A stretch of DNA of 64,000 bases. Source: an uncultured Gammaproteobacteria bacterium (lineage in GTDB: Bacteria; Patescibacteriota; Microgenomatia; CAZETR01; Amesbacteraceae). The translations under genes and the position numbers were made by a program. Below, piece after piece: positions 10,839 through 19,502 of this stretch. The first letter of the stretch is position 1. Each line of letters begins with the position of its first letter. The notes beneath the pieces were generated by a model. It did not search any database. It was not told where the DNA came from and saw only the letters and a program-made list of their open reading frames with translations. Where the stretch lies: assembly GCA_964518565.1 (NCBI GenBank), contig CAZFGX010000001.1:203046-267045 (forward strand), read 5' to 3'.

Positions 10839-13800
10839 ATGAAAAAAATCATTACATTCTTTATAGGGCTTTTTGCGCTGGTTTTAGCTGGCAGCTTATC
10901 GCCTAAAAGTATATTCGCTGCGCCTCCGCAAAACTTTCAAACCTCAGCCATAATTTCTACTGGGCTAGACGGACCTAGCGGCTTCCAATTTGCCCCGGAT
11001 GGTCGAATATTTATTCTACAAAGAACTGGAGAGGTAAAAATATATAAAAATGGCCAATTACTAGCGAATAATTTCATCACCCTTCCTTCTATCGCCTCAG
11101 GAGACCGTGGATTAATTGGTATTGCCTTTGATCCTGACTATGCTTCAAATAAATATGTATATTTTTATTACACCGCCTTAGACAAGCTTAACTATTTAGT
11201 AAGATTCTCAGCCGTGAACGATACCGCCAGTGATGGTCCGGTTATTATTTACCACACTACAAGCCCATCAGAACAATTACATGTTGGAGGAGGAATAGCT
11301 TTTGGAAATGACGGAAAACTTTATTTCACGGTCGGGGATAATGGATACCCTCCAAACGCACAAAGCTTAGATAATCCACACGGAAAGATACTTCGTATAA
11401 ACAAAGATGGTAGTATTCCCTCGGATAATCCGTTTGTAAACACTCCTGGTGCTTTACCTGAAATCTGGGCATACGGGTTAAGAAACCCTTGGCGTCTACA
11501 GTTTGATAGCACTACAGGAAAATTATATGACGGCGATGTGGGTCAAAATACCTGGGAAGAAGTGAATCTAATTGAGAAGGGGAAAAATTACGGCTGGCCG
11601 ACATGTGAAGGCAATTGTGGCACTTCCGGAATGACGAATCCAATCTATACCTACAACCATGACGGCTTGAGCTCTGCAGTCACAGGTGGTCCTGTATATC
11701 GTGGCACAATGTTCCCTTCTAGCTATGTCGGCAGATATTTTTTTGCCGATTATGCCCGAGGATTTATTCGCACCCTAGGGCTGGATGCAAATGGCAATTC
11801 AACCGACATGTCTGTATTTGATGCCAATGCCGGTACGCCGGTAGACCTGAGAGTTGCTCCAGATGGTTCGCTATATTACATCACCTATTATCCTGGTCGT
11901 TTGTATCGAATCACATATTCAACAACCAACCAGGTTCCAACTGCTTCAGCCGGTAGCAATGCCACAAAAGGATTGAGTCCTTTTACCGTAAACTTCACTT
12001 CAGCCGGATCAAGTGATCCAGAGAATAATCCCTTAAGTTTTTTTTGGGACTTCGGTGACGGTCAAACAAGTACTCAAGCCAATCCGTCTCATACATATAC
12101 AAATAATGGCTCATATCTTGCTCAGCTGACTGTGAGCGATGGTGTGAATACAGTAGATGCTATCCCCATTGTCATACAGGTTGGTATCGCCCCCACGGTG
12201 ACCATTGGTATGCCTGCAAATAACTCGCAATATAAATCTGGTGATTCAATCACATACTCGGTTTCTGCTACTGATGGCGTGGGAAACGATATGAATGACA
12301 ACGATATTGGCGTTGAAATCCTATTCCACCATTTGACCCACATTCACCCGTTTTTAGGTCCTCTGTATGGCAGAAACGGTACATTTGTAATTCCCACTAC
12401 AGGTGAACCATCCGATGCTACCTGGTTTGAGATCAAAGCTACAGCCACTGACACAAATGGACTTTCAACTACGAAATCGGTTTTTATCTACCCAAAAGTC
12501 GTTGACCTGACCTTCCAAACAAACCCCACTGGCTTACAAATTACACTCGATGGCGAACCTACCACTACGCCACAAACTATAAAGCATGTTGTTGGTTTTC
12601 AGCGTGAACTTTCAGCTAATGGTCCTCAATATGTTGGTGCAGACGTTTATCAATTTTCTGGTTGGTCCGATGGGGGAGGAGCAACACATACAATTTCCGT
12701 ACCAAATGTAAACACCACATATACAGCCAATTTTACAAAAACAGGCACAGTAGTACCATTTTCTGCGCAATATTTTTCTAACCAAAACCTTACGGGTTCC
12801 CCAACACTAACCAAAAACGACAATTTTATTAATTTTGATTGGGGAATAAATGCACCTGATTCCGCAATACCTGCAGACAACTTTTCTGTTCGCTGGACAA
12901 AAACAGACTCCTTTTCAGCTGGTAGTTATGAATTCTCAGTCACAGCCGACGACGGTCTGCGTCTATATATCGACAACAACCTAGTTATCGACAAGTGGGT
13001 AGACCAAGGAGCAACAACTTATAAAACCACTCAAGTTCTCACATCTGGTAATCACACCATCAAAATGGAGTACTATGAAAATGGTTACGATGCAGTCGCA
13101 AAATTAAACTGGATTCAATTGTCGGGCAATACCCCTACACCAACACCGACATCAATTCCTAGTGACCCAAATGCATTTTCTGGACAGTACTTCAACAATA
13201 AAAGTTTGACGGGTAATCCAGCCTTCACCAGAAATGACACAAATATAAACTTTGATTGGGCAGCGGGTAGTCCAGACCCAGTAATCACAGCAGACAACTT
13301 CTCTGTTCGCTGGACAAAAACATTGAACATTACTTCAGCTGGTGATTACAAGTTCTCAGTCACAGCCGATGATGGTGTTCGACTCAAAGTTGACGGCACA
13401 ACCATCATCGACAAATGGCAAGATCAGGCAGCCTCTATCTATACATCCACCGTAAATCTGGGACTAGGTAATCACACAGTAATCATGGAATACTATGAGA
13501 ATGGTGGAGAAGCAGTAGCAAAACTATCATGGTCTCAAATCACTCAAGTTCCAACACCCACCCCAACTCCAAATACAACAAATTCATTTACGGGTCAGTA
13601 CTGGAACATAGTTTGGAATGGAAATCCACAAATTCCTTCAACGAATCCAACTCTAACCAGACAAGACTCAAATATAAATTTTGATTGGGCATTAGTTTCT
13701 CCAGGCGCTGGTATAAACGCCGACGACTTTGTTGCTCGTTGGACCAAAACCGAGACATTTACTGCTGGTACATATCGTTTCTCAGTCACAGCCGATGATG

Positions 13801-15218
13801 GTGTACGTCTGTATGTGGACAACAACCTAGTCATCGACAAATGGCAACTCCAAGGTGCAACAACATACACTACAGATCAAATCCTTAGTGCCGGCGCTCA
13901 CACCATAAAAATGGAGTATTACGAACATCAAGAGGATGCAGTAGCCAAACTCTCTTGGACGTCTTTGACAACCGTACCTACTCCAACACCTACTCCGATA
14001 GTAAGTTCCAATTCATTCACAGGTGAATATTTTAATAATACGACCCTTTCTGGGACTCCTTCTCTTACTCGAGTCGATACAGATATTAATTTCGACTGGG
14101 CAAATGGGAATCCAGGATCCCCAATCCCAGCAGACAACTTCTCTGTTCGCTGGACAAAAACATTGAACATTACTTCAGCTGGTGATTACAAGTTCTCAGT
14201 CACAGCCGATGATGGTGTTCGACTCAAAGTTGACGGCACAACCATCATCGACAAATGGCAAGATCAGGCAGCCTCTACATATAATAGTACTAAGACTCTC
14301 GCTTCAGGCAACCATACCGTAGTTATGGAATATTACGAGAACTCTGGCTTAGCAGTTGCAAAACTCTCTTTTTCTCAAGTATCTGCAGCCCCAACTCCAA
14401 CACCGACGCCGTCCTTGAGTAATACCTTTACAGGAGAATATTGGAATGTAACTTGGACTGGTATACCAAATATTCCCAACGTGCCTGCCAATGTAGTGCG
14501 TACTGATGCAGATATCAATTTCGACTGGGCGCAATTAGCCCCAGCATCAGGTATAAACGCCGACGACTTTGTTGCTCGTTGGACCAAAACCGAGACATTT
14601 ACTGCTGGTACATATCGTTTCTCAGTCACAGCCGATGATGGTGTACGTCTGTATGTGGACAACAACCTAGTCATCGACAAATGGCAACTCCAAGGTGCTG
14701 CTACCTATACAACTGACCTAGTTTTAACTGCAGGTTCTCATGCCATAAAAATGGAGTATTTCGAACATCTTTTTGATGCAGTATCCAAATTAAGTTGGAC
14801 TAGTTTGGGAACACCGACTCCTACACCAACCCCAGCTCCCACTAATAATTTTGTTGGCCAATACTTTACAAATTCAAATCTATCGGGTGCTCCGTCTCTT
14901 GAACGTACTGACGCTCAAATCAATTTCGATTGGGGTTATGGTTCCCCGGCCGGAAGTATTCCTGTAGACAACTTTTCTGCCCGTTGGACTAAAACAGACA
15001 ACTTTGTAGGTGGCAATTATCAATTCTCTGTTTCATCAGATGATGGACTAAGAATAAAAGTTGACGGTACAAGTATCTATGATCAATGGATAGATCAGGC
15101 AGCAAATCCACAAACAATTACTGTTCCAATTAGTTCAGGTAGTCACACCATTACCGTCGAATATTACGAAAACGATTTAACTGCTAGTTGCCAAGTTTCA
15201 TGGGCTGCACTTCCGTAA
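10839..15218 (+). CDS. Secreted glucose/sorbosone dehydrogenase (GSDH/YliI-like) + PKD + six PA14 domains
   Basis: Signal peptide; HxGG, GKILRI, YGLRNPWR and NYGWP GSDH motifs; WDFGDG PKD motif; six FxGxY...NFDW...FxxRW...DDG...EYYE/EYFE units separated by PTPTP linkers. Confidence 0.9.
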   Translation: MKKIITFFIGLFALVLAGSLSPKSIFAAPPQNFQTSAIISTGLDGPSGFQFAPDGRIFILQRTGEVKIYKNGQLLANNFITLPSIASGDRGLIGIAFDPDYASNKYVYFYYTALDKLNYLVRFSAVNDTASDGPVIIYHTTSPSEQLHVGGGIAFGNDGKLYFTVGDNGYPPNAQSLDNPHGKILRINKDGSIPSDNPFVNTPGALPEIWAYGLRNPWRLQFDSTTGKLYDGDVGQNTWEEVNLIEKGKNYGWPTCEGNCGTSGMTNPIYTYNHDGLSSAVTGGPVYRGTMFPSSYVGRYFFADYARGFIRTLGLDANGNSTDMSVFDANAGTPVDLRVAPDGSLYYITYYPGRLYRITYSTTNQVPTASAGSNATKGLSPFTVNFTSAGSSDPENNPLSFFWDFGDGQTSTQANPSHTYTNNGSYLAQLTVSDGVNTVDAIPIVIQVGIAPTVTIGMPANNSQYKSGDSITYSVSATDGVGNDMNDNDIGVEILFHHLTHIHPFLGPLYGRNGTFVIPTTGEPSDATWFEIKATATDTNGLSTTKSVFIYPKVVDLTFQTNPTGLQITLDGEPTTTPQTIKHVVGFQRELSANGPQYVGADVYQFSGWSDGGGATHTISVPNVNTTYTANFTKTGTVVPFSAQYFSNQNLTGSPTLTKNDNFINFDWGINAPDSAIPADNFSVRWTKTDSFSAGSYEFSVTADDGLRLYIDNNLVIDKWVDQGATTYKTTQVLTSGNHTIKMEYYENGYDAVAKLNWIQLSGNTPTPTPTSIPSDPNAFSGQYFNNKSLTGNPAFTRNDTNINFDWAAGSPDPVITADNFSVRWTKTLNITSAGDYKFSVTADDGVRLKVDGTTIIDKWQDQAASIYTSTVNLGLGNHTVIMEYYENGGEAVAKLSWSQITQVPTPTPTPNTTNSFTGQYWNIVWNGNPQIPSTNPTLTRQDSNINFDWALVSPGAGINADDFVARWTKTETFTAGTYRFSVTADDGVRLYVDNNLVIDKWQLQGATTYTTDQILSAGAHTIKMEYYEHQEDAVAKLSWTSLTTVPTPTPTPIVSSNSFTGEYFNNTTLSGTPSLTRVDTDINFDWANGNPGSPIPADNFSVRWTKTLNITSAGDYKFSVTADDGVRLKVDGTTIIDKWQDQAASTYNSTKTLASGNHTVVMEYYENSGLAVAKLSFSQVSAAPTPTPTPSLSNTFTGEYWNVTWTGIPNIPNVPANVVRTDADINFDWAQLAPASGINADDFVARWTKTETFTAGTYRFSVTADDGVRLYVDNNLVIDKWQLQGAATYTTDLVLTAGSHAIKMEYFEHLFDAVSKLSWTSLGTPTPTPTPAPTNNFVGQYFTNSNLSGAPSLERTDAQINFDWGYGSPAGSIPVDNFSARWTKTDNFVGGNYQFSVSSDDGLRIKVDGTSIYDQWIDQAANPQTITVPISSGSHTITVEYYENDLTASCQVSWAALP
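13288..14277 (+). repeat. Identical 150-bp direct repeat (13288-13437 = 14128-14277) in PA14 domains 2 and 4
   Basis: Base-by-base comparison; 840-bp offset. Confidence 0.9.
13710..14698 (+). repeat. Identical 149-bp direct repeat (13710-13858 = 14550-14698) in PA14 domains 3 and 5
   Basis: Base-by-base comparison; 840-bp offset. Confidence 0.9.
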
Positions 15219-15246
15219 CAGTGTCTCAGGCCGTAATATAAACCTT

Positions 15247-16521
15247 ATGACTCGTAAATATCTTATTTCTTCGTCAGCTATGATTCTCGTGGGAATGTGT
15301 ATCTTCATGTATGCGAAAACCAAATCAGCTCTGTCTGCCGAGGAGACTTTACATCCAAAATTTTGGTCGGTGCAATCTATAGATACAGTCAAATACTCTC
15401 GAGACGTTGCTCGCGAAAAACTACATGATAGTAGTTTTGACACGACAATTGACGCCCAGATAAAACAAATAGCTTCAACCGGTGCAACGCATGTTGCTAT
15501 TGGTACTCCATACGACGACGAATTTTTACCATATCTAAAACGTTGGGTATCTGCAGCTCGTACACACAATCTCCATGTGTGGTTTAGAGGAAATTGGTCC
15601 GGCTGGGAAGGATGGTTTAATTATCCAAATATCACTGCTAAACAACATGTTTCCCAAACAGTTGTTTTTATAAAAAATAATCCTGACTTATTTGTGGATG
15701 GTGACATTTTTAGCCCATGTCCCGAGTGTGAAAATGGTCAAATTGGTGACCCACGTCAAACAGGTAAAATTCAAGAATTTCGCCAGTTTCTTATAGATTT
15801 AACCAATGGATGTGAAACTGCTGCAACTGAAATTAAAAAATCAATAATTTGTAACTACCATTCCATGAATGGAGATGTAGCTAGACTAATCATGGACAAG
15901 GAAACGACGCAAAAATTAGGAGGAGTAGTTGTTGTAGATCACTATGTGAAAGAACCCACTCAAATGGCTAAAGATCTCAAGGAATTTGCACTTCAGACCG
16001 GAGGCAAAGTAGTTCTAGGAGAATTTGGCGCCCCTTTACCAGATATTCACGGTAACATGTCCCAAGAACAACAAGCAGCATGGATATCTGAGACATTAAA
16101 CCAAGTAATTGAAATTCCCGAAGTGGTTGGGGTGAATTATTGGACGAATGTTGGTGGATCTACTGGTCTATGGGACTCTCATAACCAGCCAAGAGTAGGA
16201 GTGTCCTCCTTGTCACAAATTTATCAACCTAATGAAATAATTATCCACGTAAAAAATATAATTGATAAACCCATAGTCAGTAGTGCACTGTATTTAGATA
16301 AAACATTTGCTAGTGACAAAACAGGCAGTATTCGTTTACCAAAACAATTAAATAAATCAGTTATCCCTGCGATTATTATTGCTGCAGATGGGTATAAAGA
16401 TCAGGGAGTATATTTAGGAGCCACAGAGGCAGAAACAACAATTGTCTTAGAAAAACAATCTGAAAGTATATGGTTCAAACTCCAAGTATTGCTTTTTAAG
16501 CTATCCCATAGTATAATATAA
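15247..16521 (+). CDS. Putative clan GH-A-like glycoside hydrolase, exported
   Basis: N-terminal TM/signal; HNLHVWFR, PECEN (candidate acid/base), VVLGEFG (candidate nucleophile) and GVNYW motifs. Confidence 0.55.
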   Translation: MTRKYLISSSAMILVGMCIFMYAKTKSALSAEETLHPKFWSVQSIDTVKYSRDVAREKLHDSSFDTTIDAQIKQIASTGATHVAIGTPYDDEFLPYLKRWVSAARTHNLHVWFRGNWSGWEGWFNYPNITAKQHVSQTVVFIKNNPDLFVDGDIFSPCPECENGQIGDPRQTGKIQEFRQFLIDLTNGCETAATEIKKSIICNYHSMNGDVARLIMDKETTQKLGGVVVVDHYVKEPTQMAKDLKEFALQTGGKVVLGEFGAPLPDIHGNMSQEQQAAWISETLNQVIEIPEVVGVNYWTNVGGSTGLWDSHNQPRVGVSSLSQIYQPNEIIIHVKNIIDKPIVSSALYLDKTFASDKTGSIRLPKQLNKSVIPAIIIAADGYKDQGVYLGATEAETTIVLEKQSESIWFKLQVLLFKLSHSII

Positions 16522-16526
16522 ATACT

Positions 16527-17408
16527 GTGAAGATATCAACAAAAGTTTCGTCCGCGATTCTTATCATGGTTTCCTTAGGACTACAGGCTAGTCCTGTATT
16601 AGCATCGTATACTCCAAATTTTCCTGCGTGTCCTAATCCGGGTGGTAATCTGACCGCTCAATATAATTCAGGTTTACACGGTATTCCAGGTGACTCACAA
16701 GAATATGTTGGATCTGATTCAGTATTTCAAATTAATTCAACCCAGTGGGTTCAATGTTTTTGTCCACAAAACGGTGCAGGAATTCAAACAAACTGGTTAC
16801 TACTCCAAGATCCTTCCGAGTCTGAAATATCAGCATACAAAAACCAAGGCTGGGTATTTATTCCAGATGGATCTGCCTGGGGACTTCAAGCTGCTAGTTA
16901 TGTAGCTCAAAATAGCTCGATTTCATGTGTTGGTGGCACAGGAAATGGTAACGATAGTTCAGCAAATACCAACTCTTCTAATACATCAGTTTGTGATTCG
17001 ATCAAACCAGGCACTCCAGTATTAACTTCAATAAAACGAATAGGATCAACAGCAACCCTTTCTTGGAATCCTGTTCAAAACGCTACTCATTACTCAATTT
17101 CTTATGGAGTCGAATCAGGTAAATATTTATACGGTGTTCCGAATACAGGCAATGTGACTCAATTCACCATTGGTAGCCTAGATCCAAATAAAACTTATTA
17201 CTGGGAAGTACGAGCCGTCAACAATTGTATGCCATCAGACGCTTCCTCCCAGCCTTCAGCTGCTCGAGGTGGTGGGGATATCCTGGGTAGTTCTACAGGG
17301 TTTGCACCTACTGGAGATTGGTCAATACTTATTCTAGCTGCAGGTATTGGGTGTATATTGACTGGTCTATCAGTGGCTATGAGAAATGGCCATGAATCAA
17401 AAAAATAA
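16527..17408 (+). CDS. Secreted Cys-rich + fibronectin type III protein with sortase signal (FAPTG)
   Basis: Signal peptide; LSWN...YSISYG...LDPNKTYYWEVRAVN FN3 pattern; FAPTG + TM + basic tail. Confidence 0.8.
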   Translation: MKISTKVSSAILIMVSLGLQASPVLASYTPNFPACPNPGGNLTAQYNSGLHGIPGDSQEYVGSDSVFQINSTQWVQCFCPQNGAGIQTNWLLLQDPSESEISAYKNQGWVFIPDGSAWGLQAASYVAQNSSISCVGGTGNGNDSSANTNSSNTSVCDSIKPGTPVLTSIKRIGSTATLSWNPVQNATHYSISYGVESGKYLYGVPNTGNVTQFTIGSLDPNKTYYWEVRAVNNCMPSDASSQPSAARGGGDILGSSTGFAPTGDWSILILAAGIGCILTGLSVAMRNGHESKK

Positions 17409-17895
17409 TCTCTCCAGACTTTTATTCTTTCTTGGGCTCCTTTGCTTTGTTTTTGTTGGAGTGTTGATAGTAGATCGGTTAAAAAATAATACGGTATCCT
17501 TTGACCAGCTTCCTGTCACTTCTGAGACAAATACACAACCAGACGGTATCGAAATATCTACCCAACAAATCCGACTTGCCGTTGTCTCAAAAAAAGTTGA
17601 AAAAAGCTTTCCCACATCAAAAACAACCGCTATACATATTCAAGGTACAAACATATATTACGCTCACAACTGGCCAAACTTATTTGGAAATCTTAAAAAG
17701 ATTAAAATCAACGATCCAATAGTAATCCATTTCTCCAACGGTCAAATAAAAAAATATCTGGTCACTCAAACTGAATCTGTGTGGCCATCGGACACGAGTA
17801 TTTTAAATCAGAACAATTCAGAAACGATTGTCGTCTATACATGTACGGGAGTTTTTGACATCAAAAGGTTGGTCATAGTGGCTAAATCTGTTTGA
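17386..17895 (+). CDS. Sortase
   Basis: N-terminal TM helix; catalytic His (YAHN), Cys (VYTC) and Arg (KRLVI); adjacent to the FAPTG protein. Confidence 0.85.
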   Translation: MAMNQKNNLSRLLFFLGLLCFVFVGVLIVDRLKNNTVSFDQLPVTSETNTQPDGIEISTQQIRLAVVSKKVEKSFPTSKTTAIHIQGTNIYYAHNWPNLFGNLKKIKINDPIVIHFSNGQIKKYLVTQTESVWPSDTSILNQNNSETIVVYTCTGVFDIKRLVIVAKSV

Positions 17896-17917
17896 CGGCA
17901 TCTGTAATAATAGACAT

Positions 17918-18421
17918 ATGCCATTTTTAGTTATAATTGCAGTAGTAATTTTAGGCGCAGGCATCGTGGCCAATATTGCCTCACCGAACAGTTCAGGGCC
18001 AGACGACCCTATCACCACGAGCGTGACTTCAACCCCTATTCCAACTTCATCTCCTACACCAATACCCACAATTCAACAATCCCTACCAACCCCAACAATA
18101 AAACCTGTTAATACTATCAATCCTACAAATATCGTTAACCCTACCCAAATTACCCAACCAGCTAACTGGCAATACCCTAATAGTCAAAAACGGTCTGAAA
18201 ACGAATTTGTCAGTTCAGAGTCTCCTGAAAAAATTACTCAGTGGTATAAAGACAAAATTATCGCCACTGGGTACTCAAGTAAGTCGTTTGTCCAAACATC
18301 TACAAACGCAAAAATTTTAAATAAGTTAGTTGGCGCAAAACAAAACAATGAAATTTCAGTTGAAATTTACAAAAATCCCGAGGATGCAAATACAACAATA
18401 AAAATTGCGCTTGACAACTAA
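17918..18421 (+). CDS. Membrane-anchored Pro/Thr-rich hypothetical protein
   Basis: N-terminal TM helix, PT-rich stalk and small C-terminal domain. Confidence 0.75.
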   Translation: MPFLVIIAVVILGAGIVANIASPNSSGPDDPITTSVTSTPIPTSSPTPIPTIQQSLPTPTIKPVNTINPTNIVNPTQITQPANWQYPNSQKRSENEFVSSESPEKITQWYKDKIIATGYSSKSFVQTSTNAKILNKLVGAKQNNEISVEIYKNPEDANTTIKIALDN

Positions 18422-18439
18422 AAATTGCATGAGTAATAT
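18411..18439 (+). promoter_or_regulatory. Sigma70-type promoter TTGACA-N17-TAATAT
   Basis: TTGACA at 18411-18416 and TAATAT at 18434-18439. Confidence 0.55.
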
Positions 18440-18451
18440 CCGAAGGTGTTT

Positions 18452-18483
18452 AAGCTGCCCAAATAAAATAAGGGCAGTTTTTT
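18452..18483 (+). terminator. Intrinsic terminator-like hairpin
   Basis: aagctgccc/gggcagttt stem followed by a T-run. Confidence 0.6.
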
Positions 18484-18503
18484 ATTCTGTTTAACTAAAT
18501 AAA

Positions 18504-19079
18504 ATGAAAAAAATTACCTCAAAAAAATATTTACCAGCGCTTATTGTAATAGCATTTGCATTGATAGCTGTTGTTGGAGGGGTTAGGTTGTTATCAAAAA
18601 TAAAACAAAATAGATCAAACAGCCAAACTTCCGGGGAAAAAATATCAGTTCAAGACGCAAAAGCAACAGCCTCGGTAAATCGAGAGTTCTCATTTCCTAT
18701 AAAAGATAGTTCGAATAAAAAAATTACAGACCTAAAATTTATAATTGAATCAGCAGAGTTAAGAGATGAAATAATTGTTAAGGGTAGTCGAGCTACAGCT
18801 GTAAAAGGTCGGACGTTTCTAATTTTAAATTTAAAAATTACGAATAATTTCAACAAGGCTCTTCAAATTAATACCCAAGATTATTTTAGACTGACAGTAA
18901 ACAATTCAAATGACGACTTACTTGCTCCCGACATCCACAATGATCCGTTAATTATTCAGCCAACATCGACAAAATTTACTCGAGTTGGCTTTGCAATAAA
19001 TGATTCAGACAAAAATATTGTCCTACAAGTAGGTGAGATCGATGGAGAAAAAACAAAGATCGAACTAAACCTACAATGA
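18504..19079 (+). CDS. Membrane-anchored DUF4352-like Ig-fold protein
   Basis: N-terminal TM helix; FLILNLKITN...IQPxS...VGF pattern. Confidence 0.6.
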   Translation: MKKITSKKYLPALIVIAFALIAVVGGVRLLSKIKQNRSNSQTSGEKISVQDAKATASVNREFSFPIKDSSNKKITDLKFIIESAELRDEIIVKGSRATAVKGRTFLILNLKITNNFNKALQINTQDYFRLTVNNSNDDLLAPDIHNDPLIIQPTSTKFTRVGFAINDSDKNIVLQVGEIDGEKTKIELNLQ

Positions 19080-19291
19080 AAAAAAACACTCACATGGTTT
19101 CTCAAGAAGTTTTGGCAGAAATCGTATCTAGTCTTCAGGCGATCGACACTCATGGAAGTGTAGAAATATTTATTACCGATGGGCAAGTCAATCAAATTAC
19201 TGTTCGTAACATTAAAAAAACCACGCGGAAAAATCAAACTCCTGAAAAAAGTATCAACAAAGTACTTGACAAAGCTATATCAATATACTAA
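19076..19291 (+). CDS. DUF2292/YezD-like small protein
   Basis: EIVSSLQAIDTHGSVEIFITDGQVNQI resembles the YezD pattern (GSVEI...DG.V.QI); ATGA-coupled to the upstream gene. Confidence 0.7.
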   Translation: MKKNTHMVSQEVLAEIVSSLQAIDTHGSVEIFITDGQVNQITVRNIKKTTRKNQTPEKSINKVLDKAISIY

Positions 19292-19308
19292 ACAAATAGT
19301 ACAAACAA

Positions 19309-19435
19309 CTTCACATCCTGTTTCTTTCCACTGCCCCTGGATATGAAGCAAAAAAGCTGACCGCAAACGGAGGCTTCTCTATCTTTAAATGGTCGTATAT
19401 TTCGACCCAAAGATCGAGGAGCCTCCGTTTTTTTT
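19309..19435 (+). promoter_or_regulatory. Structured RNA leader / putative attenuator
   Basis: Hairpin 19309-19348; small hairpin 19354-19376 overlapping the 5' arm of a long terminator hairpin 19365-19430 that ends in T8. Confidence 0.65.
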
Positions 19436-19502
19436 AAAAATCGGGGGGATTCCCGAGAGTCAAAAAATACTTTAAGAAAGGGGGTGAAAATTAAAAAATA
19501 AT

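Noticed and set aside
12750-15218. CRISPR array or DGR template/variable repeat suggested by the long direct repeats
   Set aside because: The repeats are in-frame PA14 coding duplications; there are no spacers, no adenine-specific mismatches, and no cas or reverse transcriptase gene in the window.
19309-19456. tRNA or known riboswitch (c-di-GMP, SAM, T-box)
   Set aside because: No cloverleaf or TTC loop and no consensus I can match by eye; retained only as an unknown attenuator-like element.
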